Source: Thecamonas trahens ATCC 50062
Lineage: Eukaryota > Protista > Apusomonadida
DNA length: 64,000 nucleotides
NCBI RefSeq assembly: GCF_000142905.1
Contig: NW_013657678.1
Location: 248,001 to 312,000, forward strand
Direction: 5' to 3'
The position numbers and the translations under genes are program-made. Shown here piece after piece: positions 37,327 through 48,344 of the stretch; position 1 is the stretch's first letter; each line of letters begins with the position of its first letter. Below the pieces are notes generated by a model that saw only the letters and a program-made list of their open reading frames with translations, had not been told where the DNA came from and did no database searches.

Positions 37327-40300
37327 TCATCTCCGGCTCCCCGTCGACGCCACCGACGACCGTCGGTTGCTTGGTGTGAGCGGAGAAGCCGGCGAGATAG
37401 CCCTGCTACTGCTGCCGGCCGCAGGCGAGAGAGCAGGCGGAGACGACGACGACGCAGACGATTCCCGACGTGCCGCAGCGCGGGCACGGGCCTCCTCCGC
37501 GGCGCGGGCGCGGATGCGGGAGAGAATAGCACGGAACTTGCGCTGGATGCGGAGGACGCACATGGTGACAAGCTGGACGTGTGCGCGCTTGGTCGAGGTC
37601 TTGGCGCGGGTAAAGGCCTGCAGGCGGCGCTTGCCGTGCTCGGCGCGCGCTGTGATGACCCCACGAAGAGCTGCCATCTCGTCGGCAAGGTAGCTGACCG
37701 GGATCTCGCCTTTGGAGTGTTGGGTGGCCAGCTGCGAGGTAGCGACAAGGGCCAGCAGCTCGCGGTAGACGGCGAGCGAGGCGAGCGGGTTGGCGGTGTG
37801 GCGGAGCTCCTGGAGAACCAAGTTGCGCGAGTCGACAAGCCGCGCGTGCATGGCTGAGGCAAACGGCAGCGGCGAGTTCTTGAGCGAGTCGAGCTGATCG
37901 ATGACCACCATCTGCAGTTGCGTCCAGTCCGTCTTGAGCGCCTCGTACAGCGTCACAGCCTCGGCGTCAGTGAGATCGTACGCCGGCGCGCGGTACGGCC
38001 GACCATACTGGTGGGTGAAGAACTTGGTGTGCATGAGGATGTACTCGAACGAAGACCACGAGACCGCAGCATCAAGCTCGGGGTGTGCCGCCGTCACACC
38101 CTCCGAGTACTGCTTGTCGAGAGCGACCCTGAAGAGGTGGACAAGATCTTGCTCGTCGAGCACGCCAAAGTCGAGCTCGCGCCAGAGCGAGAGATAGTCG
38201 AGGAGTGAGAGCGATCCCTGTGAGTGCAGATCCAAGGCGTGGAACTTGCGAGCAGCCGACTTGAGGGCCGAGCCCATAAACTCTTGGAACTGGCGCAGGG
38301 CAAGCTCGACAAAGGTGTCAAAGCGGACGCGCTCGTCGCCATTCCACGGGCGGTTCACAAGGAGCTCAACGGTAGCCTGCGGTGTGGCGGTGGCGTTGGC
38401 GTTGACCATGGTCATAAAGCCCTCAAAGACGTTGGTGTCGAGGGCAGGGAAGACAGACCGCAGCACGTCGGCGCACCGCCGGGTGCAAATCCAGAACGGG
38501 CGCCTGGTGTCGGGGTTAACTGGATACGGAATACCTGCCGTCGAGTTGTCGGCGACGGTGAGCACAGCCATGAAGAACTGGAGCGCCGGCGGCGGGAGGT
38601 CCTCGTCGAGGAACCGGCCAAAGATGTCGATCCAGAGATCTTCGCGACGGTACTTGTCGACAGCCTGCACAATGTCGTACGCGTACTGGTTGACGAGTGA
38701 GCGCCGCGAGTAGGTCCGCAGAAGAAACTCGTAGACAAACTCTGGAAACGGCTGCGCAAGAAGCGGTGTCTCCTTGTGCTGAAGCTCGGAGATCTTGGCG
38801 TAGTACACAAGGCCGATGATTTTGTCGAGCCAGGCCTTGGACTTCACCGCCCGGCGGACCTGAAAGCCCGGTTCGAGGTGCAGCCGGGCGCACCGCCGGG
38901 TGAGCGCGTGATACAGCGCTTTGTGCAACGCGTTCGAGTCATTCTCGGCCTTGAGCTGAAACAGCTCGTTGAGAAGCAGGTTGCGCTCGTAGCGCCACCG
39001 CTGCTCACGGGGATCAAGCTGATGCGCCCGCCCGCTTCCGCCCTCAGCCGCAGCCACAATGGCGACATCGCCGCTGAGCGCCAACGTCGCCTTGGCCTCG
39101 GCCATTTGGGTCAGCTCTTGGATCTCAGTGAGGAGCTTGAGCCGCTCGGTCTCCCACTCCTGAACCTTGGAGCGGATCGAGCGCGGCGGCCCAGTGGCGG
39201 CGGCGTCGGCGTCCTCGGCGCCCGGCAGGGCATCGACGTTGCCAGATGGCAATGCCGAGGTCTCCAGCTCGAGGCGCAAGACCATGGCACGCGCGTCGCG
39301 GAGCTGGCTGTTGAGGCTCTTGATCTCAGACTGGTACTTGGCGTTGACGAGCTCGAGTGAGGCGATTTTGCGAGCCATCTTGGTCGTCTCGTTCTGTAGA
39401 CGCTCGATGGTGACCGTCTTGATGTTGAGCTCCATGCAGAGCGCGTCCATGTTGGCAAACTTTTCCGAGAGCAGTGCCGAGGTGCCCATCTCCTCATGCC
39501 GGCGGGCACGGTCCTGCAGCTCGTGGAGCTCGATCTCCTGCGACTCAAGATGCGACTCGAGGAGAGCAATGTGAGCCGTGAGCTGCGACTCGCGCGTTTG
39601 CATGTGCTCGGCGTAAGCCTTGGCCTCGGCCTCAAACTGCTCGCGGGCGAGTCCGAGTGCCTCCTCGCGGTTCGTCGCCGCCTGCCGCAGACTCTCGACT
39701 ACGGTGGGAACGAGGCTGAAGAGTTCGGAGATCCGGGCCCAGAGAACATACAGCGCCGAGCCCTGCTCGACCGAGTGGACCATGACTTGCCGCGCGACCT
39801 CGTGAAGGCAGACCTCGAGCACCTGTTCTTCCGCAAGCAGGGCCTCGAGTGAGTCGGACGGGCTTGCGCCGCGCAGTAGCTCCCGCTGTGCGTGCAGCAT
39901 CTGGTCCATGGCAAGCCGCAGGTGCTTGGCCTGGCCCGCGCCGTCCTTGAGCACGCCAGAAGAGCGTCCCGGAAAGACGTTGACGTCAAAGGTACCATCA
40001 GCGTACGAGTTGACCTCGCACGACGCCAGCTCGGGTGCCACCACCGTGGTCTTGCTACTCACGTGGTAGGTCGGCGGAATGAGTGTCGGTGGCAGCTCGC
40101 CCTCGTTGGCTCGGGCGTGAATGACCATGTCGGCCCACGACGGCGGATCAGTCGGCGGAAGCTCGTCAGCTGCCGCCGATGCGGCCCAGCGGTAAAAGTA
40201 CGGCTTGGCTTGCGCCCGCGCCGCGAGAATGTCCAACATCCGGCCCGAACTGGCATCAACACGCATACGCGACTGTGACCGCGACTGCGACCGGCCGTGT

Positions 40301-40857
40301 CGGAGCGCCCGTGGCCCCGGTGCCGTAGCTGGTCGGGACCGACGGTGCGGCGCAGCCAGGTCAGCCGGCGGCGCCGGCGCCGCCGGCGGCGCCGGCGCGG
40401 GCGCGGGCATCATCGGCCGCACTACGGCCGCATCGTAAGCCTCGGCAGCTTTGGCAGCTTCGGCAGCCTCGGCAGCCTCGGCGGCTTTTGGGTTCTTTCC
40501 GCGGAAGAGAGTGACCAGTGAGGCAAGCTGCGGATAATCGGCGAGCCGCTGCTGGGCAGTGGGCGGGCGCGGCGGAAGGCTGCGCTCAGGATCAGGACAA
40601 GGCGGCTCCGATGACGACTGCGATTGGAACTGCGCAGCGCGCGCCGGAACTGGCTGTGGACCACGGCGAGTCTTCCGGCGTCCGGCCGACTGTGCTCGCG
40701 GCGCACGAAGCTCTGCTGATGTCGGCCGCGAGACCGGCCGCCGGCGTAGGCGACGGGCCGACTGGGACGCTGGTCGCGGGCGGCGGCGCACCCGTGCCGT
40801 TGTGGGCATGAACCGCATGGCCGCGTCAGACATGGGCCGTGGGTATGGGCCTTCCAT
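37327..40857 (-). CDS. Axonemal dynein light chain-domain coiled-coil protein with EF-hand-like region and IQ motif, 1,176 aa
   Basis: EEQVLEVCLHEVARQVMVHSVEQGSAL resembles the p28/Ax_dynein_light motif. Also a long coiled coil, FPEFVYEFL...FGRFLDE, EF-like FHALDLHSQGSLSLLDY and IQ-like VLRIQRKFRAILSR. Start taken at the first ATG below the N gap. Confidence 0.7.
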   Translation of the reverse strand: MEGPYPRPMSDAAMRFMPTTARVRRRPRPASQSARRLRRRPVSRPTSAELRAPRAQSAGRRKTRRGPQPVPARAAQFQSQSSSEPPCPDPERSLPPRPPTAQQRLADYPQLASLVTLFRGKNPKAAEAAEAAEAAKAAEAYDAAVVRPMMPAPAPAPPAAPAPPADLAAPHRRSRPATAPGPRALRHGRSQSRSQSRMRVDASSGRMLDILAARAQAKPYFYRWAASAAADELPPTDPPSWADMVIHARANEGELPPTLIPPTYHVSSKTTVVAPELASCEVNSYADGTFDVNVFPGRSSGVLKDGAGQAKHLRLAMDQMLHAQRELLRGASPSDSLEALLAEEQVLEVCLHEVARQVMVHSVEQGSALYVLWARISELFSLVPTVVESLRQAATNREEALGLAREQFEAEAKAYAEHMQTRESQLTAHIALLESHLESQEIELHELQDRARRHEEMGTSALLSEKFANMDALCMELNIKTVTIERLQNETTKMARKIASLELVNAKYQSEIKSLNSQLRDARAMVLRLELETSALPSGNVDALPGAEDADAAATGPPRSIRSKVQEWETERLKLLTEIQELTQMAEAKATLALSGDVAIVAAAEGGSGRAHQLDPREQRWRYERNLLLNELFQLKAENDSNALHKALYHALTRRCARLHLEPGFQVRRAVKSKAWLDKIIGLVYYAKISELQHKETPLLAQPFPEFVYEFLLRTYSRRSLVNQYAYDIVQAVDKYRREDLWIDIFGRFLDEDLPPPALQFFMAVLTVADNSTAGIPYPVNPDTRRPFWICTRRCADVLRSVFPALDTNVFEGFMTMVNANATATPQATVELLVNRPWNGDERVRFDTFVELALRQFQEFMGSALKSAARKFHALDLHSQGSLSLLDYLSLWRELDFGVLDEQDLVHLFRVALDKQYSEGVTAAHPELDAAVSWSSFEYILMHTKFFTHQYGRPYRAPAYDLTDAEAVTLYEALKTDWTQLQMVVIDQLDSLKNSPLPFASAMHARLVDSRNLVLQELRHTANPLASLAVYRELLALVATSQLATQHSKGEIPVSYLADEMAALRGVITARAEHGKRRLQAFTRAKTSTKRAHVQLVTMCVLRIQRKFRAILSRIRARAAEEARARAAARRESSASSSSPPALSPAAGSSSRAISPASPLTPSNRRSSVASTGSRR

Positions 40858-40942
40858 GGAGAAGGAGCTGTGAAATATGAGGGGAGGGGGGGAAGAGAGA
40901 GGAAAAGGGGGGGGGGGGGAGGGAGTGGTGGGGGGGGGGGGG

Positions 40943-41042
40943 NNNNNNNNNNNNNNNNNNNNNNNNNNNNNNNNNNNNNNNNNNNNNNNNNNNNNNNNNN
41001 NNNNNNNNNNNNNNNNNNNNNNNNNNNNNNNNNNNNNNNNNN
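40943..41042. other. Assembly gap (100 N)
   Basis: Run of exactly 100 n, flanked by poly(G) and (AC)n. Confidence 0.99.
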
Positions 41043-41054
41043 ACACACACACAC

Positions 41055-41125
<71 letters not shown>

Positions 41126-41160
41126 CACACACACACATACACACACTCTCTCTCTCTCTC
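41043..41160. repeat. Compound microsatellite (AC)n then (TC)n
   Basis: About 50 AC units with G substitutions at 41059, 41089 and 41119, followed by (TC)n. Confidence 0.97.
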
Positions 41161-41242
41161 TTCTCTGTCTCCACACTCTATCTTGCTTCCCCTCTCCCTC
41201 CATTCAGCCACACTCGCTCGCTTGCGCCTGATCAGAGCCGCC

Positions 41243-44200
41243 ATGGCGCGGACAGGAAGCGCAGGTGATGGCACGGGTACAAGGGGCACCAGGAGCAGCA
41301 GAATGGGCAGAAGTAGCAGAAGCAGGGGTGGTGGTGATAGTGAAATGATTGCGCTCTCTCCTGCCAGGAAAGTCACCAGAGTCCGATTTGCCGCCGAAGC
41401 CGTCGCGGCAGCCAGCGAGGGTGGCGCCGACGATGAAAGAGGGGTTGATGGCCCAGGCTTGCCGCAGCCGGATGCCCACATGCGCGCCATTCAGGCGCAA
41501 GTGGCCGAGCTCGACGCAGAAGAGGCTGCCGCTGTGGAGGCTGGAGACTTGGTGGTGTCGGCGTCACGGACGGCGCTGGATGAGGCAAGAATCCCCTGCA
41601 GGCCGAGCTGGCCATGCTAGCGGGTGCGTCGGCCAAGGCACTGGCGCAGAGCAGCAAAGGCAGTGGCGGCAGCAGCGGTGGCAATGCCGAAGTGTTTGGC
41701 AAGGGCAACGAGCACACTGCAGCCCGGCTGGGCAAGAAGACCATCTCGGTCCCGTTTGGTTTCCGCTTCCTCCGCAGACTCCGCGATCCAGAGCAAAAGG
41801 CCATGCACCATGTGGCGTACAACGCCAAGCGCGACTCGTTTGCAGTCCTTGACAACGCCTGCCTCCACCTCTACCGTGGCGCCCGCGAGATCAAGCGAAT
41901 GCAGCTCCAGCGGATCCGCAGGCTCGTCACTTTTGTCCTTCTCCCCGAGTTTGAGGTCTACATCGGGGCGACGGTCGATGCGACGCTGCGGATCTTCAAC
42001 TGGCGGTTTGAGCTCATCTCGTCGGTGGCCACCGACTATGTTGACGTCCACGCCCTAACCTACAATCCGGTCCGAAGCGAGCTGATTGGCGCAGGCTCGC
42101 AGTCGGTGGTGGTGTGGAAAGTAACCAAGGACGCCACGCTGCTGCACCAGAGCATCGTCTCGCTCACTCGCATATTTGAGGCGCGGTCGCCGGTCGCCCG
42201 GCACGTGACCGGTATTGCAGTCTCCAACTCGTCGTTTGCGCTGTATGTGTATTGGGACACCCACCTCTCCATTCTCGACCCAGTCATCGGCTCGTCGGAG
42301 CGCGCCGCGCTCGACATCCACCGTCGCCATGTTACCGGCGTGGTGTGCGATCCAAAGTCCGAGGTGATCATCACCTCGGGCATGGACGGCAAGATCAAGA
42401 TCTGGACTCTGTCCATGTTCCTTGTCCGAGTTCTGGACGGCCATGCCGCCGGCGTCACGCAGATCTCACTCAACCCCGGAAACCCGGAACTGCTGCTCTC
42501 AGCCTCGCTCGACCGCTCGGTCCGAGTCTGGGACATCCACACCCACCAGCAGCTCTACCGACTCGACTTGACGACGCCGGCCCTCGGCGGAGCCTTCATC
42601 TCGCCGAACACCTTTTACTGCCGAAGCAACCGCGCCATCGACGTGTGGTCCATGGCTCGCTCGTTCTCGCACTTTTGCCTTGTCCGCGCCCCGGTCATCG
42701 GCATCTCTCGCGTCGCAGAAGTCATGGGTGCCCGCCAGCCCGGCCGCGTCTTGTACCAGCTTGCCGACGGCACCCTCGGTCTCAAGACTCTCGACGCCGC
42801 AACCATCACCACGGTCATCCCGCAGCTCTCATTCTGCACTGTGGCCGATGTGGCGTACTTTCGCAAGGGTGAGATTATGGTCGTCCTTCTCGACGGCTCG
42901 TCGGACACTGAAAACGCCGACGTCTCTCGCTCGCCCCGCCGCCCACCGCCTGGCTCCGACCATCTTTTACTGCGGCCCGACTCCGCCCTCTCCCGCCAGC
43001 GCTCGTCGTATGTGCGCTCTCAGAGCTGGTCCCGCTCTTCATCGAGGACGACGCTCACCCGCTCGGCGCTGGGCCCGTCGCCGTCGCAGGCCCACCTCCC
43101 GGACATCGCCGTGAGCCAGGGGGCCGCCCCGCCGCCGCGCAAGATGCGGAGTGGCGAGATCAAGACCGAACACCTCTTCCGTTCGCGGCAGTACAAAGTC
43201 TCGCGCGCTTTCGCCGACATCAACCGCTTTGGCCCAGTCGGCGCCGCCGTCCACTCGTCGCGGTCCAAGCACCGCGAGATCCATATCTTCTCCACCTCGA
43301 CCTCGCCCGCCGCCCACATCCGCTCATGGACCAACTACGGGCGCGACATCGAGCTACGCTCGGAGATTTGCGACGAAGAGCTCTCAGTCATCACGCTCGT
43401 TCCGCTCGAGTCCCGCAAGTCGCAGTTCCTAGCGAACGTCAACATGGCCGGTCGCGACCCGGCAAAGGACATTGCTGTCGTCCCCTCGCACTATGTGGCG
43501 GGTGGAACATGCTCCGGCACTCTCGTCCTCGCCGACATGTACCGCAACGGCGACATCATCCGCCGCATCCCGGTCTACGCTGCCGGCACCGTTGCCTGCC
43601 TCGAGTACCTGCCGCGGTTTGATGCGCTCCTCATCCACAACACGCGCGTTGTTCTCATTGCCCACATCGCGTTTGGCTACAACACTTACCACCGCATCAC
43701 ACCGTCGCTCCACCAACTCGCCACCATCGACGCTACTGTCGAGACTGGGGCGCTAATTGCGTCGACCCGAGTCTCAGATCGAGCGCTCGTCATTGGATCC
43801 ACAGACGGTCTGTTCTCGGTCTACGGCTTCAAAGCCAAGGGTGTGCGCCAGATGTCGCGGGCAGCGTCGACGGTAGCCTCCACCTTTGCGCCCGTTGGCT
43901 CAGGCGCCGCCAACTTGCGCCGAGCAACCGACTCTGCCGCCTTCCCAGACTCGGACTTGGACTCGGACTTGGACTCGGAATCGGACTCTCAAGCCAACGC
44001 TCTGGACTCGTCGTCATCCATCCTTCTGCGTGACCGCAGTCGGTGCGAGGTCTCGAACGAATCCATTGTGGTCCGCATCAACCCAATGCAACGCAGTGGC
44101 GAATCAGTCACTGCCCGAGAGTCGCACAAGGCGCCCATTTGTGACGCAGACTATCACCCTGTGTGGCAGATGGTGGTGACGACGACGTCGTCAGGCCACG

Positions 44201-47200
44201 TCATGTTTTGGGACATCAACAACCAACTCATCACCGAGCTGTTTCTGGAGATGGCGGTCCACTGTTGCTGCTTCGTCAACGGGCAGGCTGACGTCCTCGT
44301 TGGTGTCGACAACGCCATGCTTGTCCTCCGTCGTGACTCGTACTTTCCGGCTCCGATCTCGCTCGACGAACTAATCACCATCTCCCCGCAGGCTCCGCAT
44401 CCCGGCCTGCCGCCGACCCGCATGTGCGCCCGAGACTATGTCCACGACGAGATCGAGGACAATGCTGACGCGCTGGACGATCCCGGTAACGGTTCGTTGC
44501 CCATCCGTGTCTGGCCACGGCACGTGCTGCAGGACGCGCTCGCCTCGGGCCTCATCCCGGCCGAATCAAACCTCGCCCAGGCGCTTGCTGCCGAGTCCGA
44601 GGCACTGAGCAGCGGAGTATCACCTCATGTGCGCGCTTTGCATTCGCAGTATGCTCGTGAAGCAGAGAACAAGCCAGTCCAGTTTGACAACGAGAAGCTG
44701 GCCTTTGCCTCAAGCAAAGCCACGTTTCTCTCGCTCCCGTCGTCGGCGTCGCTCTCCAACCTCGACCGACTCCGCATCATGCTGGCGACGCCAGGGACAC
44801 CAACGCGTGGCACGCTTGAAGGCCAGCAAGCCGAGGAAACGGGGCTGCCAACCGGCACTGGCGCTGGCCTTGCGCTCTTGATCAAGGAGTGCCCGCCCAG
44901 CCGGCTGTCGTCCGCAAGCTGGAGCAGCAGCACCAGTGATGGCGAGGCGAGTAGCGAGACCACACCGCCACTTCCGAGCACAGTAGTCTTGTCAGGCTCG
45001 ACGGACTCGCTTGCTGAGCTGAATCGGGCAGTGCTGAGCGATGCAGCGCTGCTGATGGGCAACACATCTGACGCCGAGTCATCTAAGTCGACTTTGCCAC
45101 CAGACACATCGCTTCAAGCCGAGCCGTCTGCACAGTCCCTCTCGTCGAGCTTGCTGTCCGAGAGCTGGTACGGTAGCCCGAGCTTTGTCGCCTACTCCAG
45201 CGGCGCCGCCGGGGAGTCCGCGCTACCACTGCAGGTTGTCCGATTTCTCTCAGGTGTTCCGCAGCTCGGCTCTGTCGACGTCAATCTTGTCCGGCCGCAG
45301 CTCGACCGCGGGCTCAATGTCCGTGCCGAGGGCCGGATGACAACTGTGCCGCAACAGCTCGTCAGCGATTCTCTGCCACGTGGAGACGAGTCCGAAGGAG
45401 CCACGACTTCTTTCCGCGAGTCGACCATTCTGCGAATCCGCTACTTGCTGCGACACGGCGAGTGGGCCCTTGTGGCGCGGGCGCTCGACATCGTGCGCAT
45501 GATGCGGCTGTGGACCGATAATGCGGTGCTCGACGACATGTTGGTGGTGCTGCGGACGCACGAGTCATGGATTGTGCGCCGGATGCTGGCGCAGATGCTG
45601 GACACAGCCAGCATTCGGTCTGACGCTGTGGTATATGAGCTGAATCATGCCCGAATCAATGACCCCAACGCTGAAGTCCGGCGTGCAGCGCGAGCCGCGC
45701 TTGCCACTCTCCACGTCCAGCGCAAGCGAACCCACAAGGCTGCAGTGCGGATGGCGGCTGCTGAGCTGGACTTGCTTGTCACCCAGTTTATGGAGGCCAA
45801 GGAGAAGTCACAGCTCGGCAAGGTTTCAGTCGACGACATGCTCTTTGAGGTGCCTGACGATGTGGAGGACGAGGACTTGCGAGCTTCGTTTGCTTCGCTC
45901 GTCGACTTTAACCGGCGGCTCCGCCGCATTGCTGAGCTGGTCTTTGCGAGCAAGACCAAAGCCGTCGAAGACGAGGTTGACATTGCTGCACTGGTCGCTT
46001 CTCTGCCGCGGATGCGCTCATTTGAGGAGCGAGCTGTGGCACGTGCCAAGGCTGAGGCCGCTGCGCAGGCCGAGGCCGCCGCGCAAGCCGAGGCCGCCGC
46101 GCAAGCCGAGGCCGCCGCGCAAGCCGAGGCCGCCGCGCAAGTGGCTAGCGATGTCGAGAGCGGCGAGTCTGAGGGCGAAAAGCAAGTAGCCACGAGACCA
46201 AGAGCAGTGTGACGTGCAGTAGCGACGTCATCGAGACGGACACACCGTCGTCAGGCGCTCCTGGTGCTAGCGGCGTGTCTGGAGGCCACGATGCGGTGTC
46301 ATCCACCAGTTCAGAGGCGCTCTCAGACGTGCTGGAACGGTTCACTTCATGCTTGATTGACGCCGCCGACATGGCACTGGACGCCGATGAGTCGCTTGTC
46401 CTCCCAAACGTCGTCAGGCTCGATTATCAGCGACCGATTCTGCCACCGGCGACGCCGCGGACACCATCGAGTGACGAGCTTGTCTCGCTAGCCTCCACAT
46501 CGAGTGATGCAACAGCTGTCGAGAACGCGATGCCGACCTCGGCGCTTGTCAAGAAGACTTTCACCGACAGTGGGCTGTTTCGAAGCTTGCACAGCAATAG
46601 CGGCGTTCGGGTTGCCGACCTCGACTCGACAGGAGTGTGGGACGACGCGCTGCAAGGTACCAAGTTTGACTCGATCGTGCTGCCAGGCCACGAGACGGCG
46701 CCATCAGAGACCGACGAAAGCGGCGAGCTCGAGGCAGCGACGCCGCGGAGCGAGTCGACAACCACAGAGCGTGAGACGAGCCGCACCTGGTCGCAAAGCT
46801 CGATGGCAACAGATGCAAGCAATGCCTGGAGCGCGCAGGCTCCACAAGCACTCAACGGGTCGGAAACCTCGGACGCTTCGTCGGACTGGGCCGCGCATCC
46901 GCGGTCGCTGGCAGCCCTGCTTTTCTTTCCGACGGCGAGAATGCAGGTGGAGACAATAACTTTGCCGCCGGAGGCGGGAATGTCCGGGCCTATGCCGATG
47001 TCGACGGTAATGGGGATGACGAAAGCGATGAGAGCGACGCCGCTGCACACCAGCAGCCGCCAAAGGCTTCCGGCGACGAGCCGCCCGCATCTGAAACAAG
47101 GAGCCGGCCTTCACTCCGCGCTGCAGCTGAGGCGGTGAAGAGTGCCCTGGCCTTGCGGTCGCCGTTTTCACGCCGGTGCAGGATGATGGGAAGCTGTTTC

Positions 47201-48333
47201 CGCTCACCGTCTCGTCGTCACGGGTCTCGATCTACGAACAGCTAGGGTTGGTGCGTTCCGACTCGCAGGCCGAGGCCTCCCACCTGTCGTCAAAAGTGGC
47301 ACGGACACAGCAAGCTGCGATCGCACCAGGCTACTTTGGATTTGAGCTACCCTCGGCTTTGGCAGCCGACGACGACATCGAAACGCCGGCCGTGACCGTG
47401 GCGCTTGACGAGAGCGGCGATTCAAGCGAAGATCGGAACATAATGGGCACAATGGCCATTCCGTTTGAGCGCTCTCAAGACCGCATCGATGTGGCTAGTA
47501 TGGCGGAGTCGTCCAGGCGGCAAGGCAAGCAGCGGCTCTCATCGGCAGCGCGGTCGGTGATGAGCCGGCTGGCGGTAGTACACCGCGCTCGCGGCGGAGT
47601 TGCGCCGCCGGCGCGAACCATCGCCGAGCTCGCTAACCCGAGGCCTGATCCGGCTGTGGATGCAGACCAAACAGAGGCGACAAAGTCTATCACCAAGCGC
47701 CCTCGGGCCGATGACCCCAGCTTTATGTTTCTCTCCAAGTCGACCTCGCTCACCGAGCTCATGACAGCGCTCTCGCTTGACTCGCTCGGCTCTGCGGGCG
47801 ATGACGGGCAAAATGAGGCTGTCGAGCCCGGGTCAGATCTCGAGTCCGAGTACGAAGAGGATGTCGAAGAGGTGGACGCTACCTCACTGTGGGGCGCCAC
47901 CGGGCCGCGTGCTGCACGTCTCGAACAGCTCCTTCACGGCAATCTTCTCGCGCGAGCGGAAGGAACTGCCGTCGAGTCCTCAAGACCGCATCCTCCACCC
48001 AAGCGAGCACCGGCACCAGCCCTCCCGCCGCTCTTCCCGCCCGTCCCGCCTGAGACGGCTCGGCCAGTCCAAGGCCGCCGCCCGCGGCGGCGACGCCGCG
48101 CGGTCATTGTTCCTCAAGCCGGCACTGAGCATGGTGGCAGTGGCGATGCGGTCGGTGCCGATCCGCTTGACGAACCGCTGGCGCCTAGCGATGACAGCAG
48201 CTTGCTCGCACCCGCCACACCTGTCGCGGCCGCCGCGGCCAAAACCAAAGCCAAGGCCGAGGCCGAGGCCGAGGCCGAGGCCCAGTGGTGGCGTGGGCGC
48301 AATTTTTATGTTGCCAAAACCCAGTGGGGTTAA
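41243..48333 (+). CDS. Large WD40 + HEAT-like protein (WDR87/WDR97-like), ~2,360 aa; four frame breaks (near 41590, 46180, 46920, 47165)
   Basis: gccgccATGG start; WD repeats IITSGMDGKIKIWT and LLSASLDRSVRVWD; HEAT-like DPNAEVRRAARAAL. Adding one base at each of four sites gives one ORF (7095 nt). Confidence 0.65.
46051..46140 (+). repeat. 18-nt coding tandem repeat x5 (AEAAAQ)
   Basis: GCCGAGGCCGCCGCGCAA repeated, near-perfect. Confidence 0.9.
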
Positions 48334-48344
48334 AAACCAGCGCG

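Noticed and set aside
40858-41490. N-terminal extension of ORF 37327-41490 (CVCVCV..., X run)
   Set aside because: Read-through of a microsatellite and an assembly gap, and it overlaps the start of the divergent WD40 gene.
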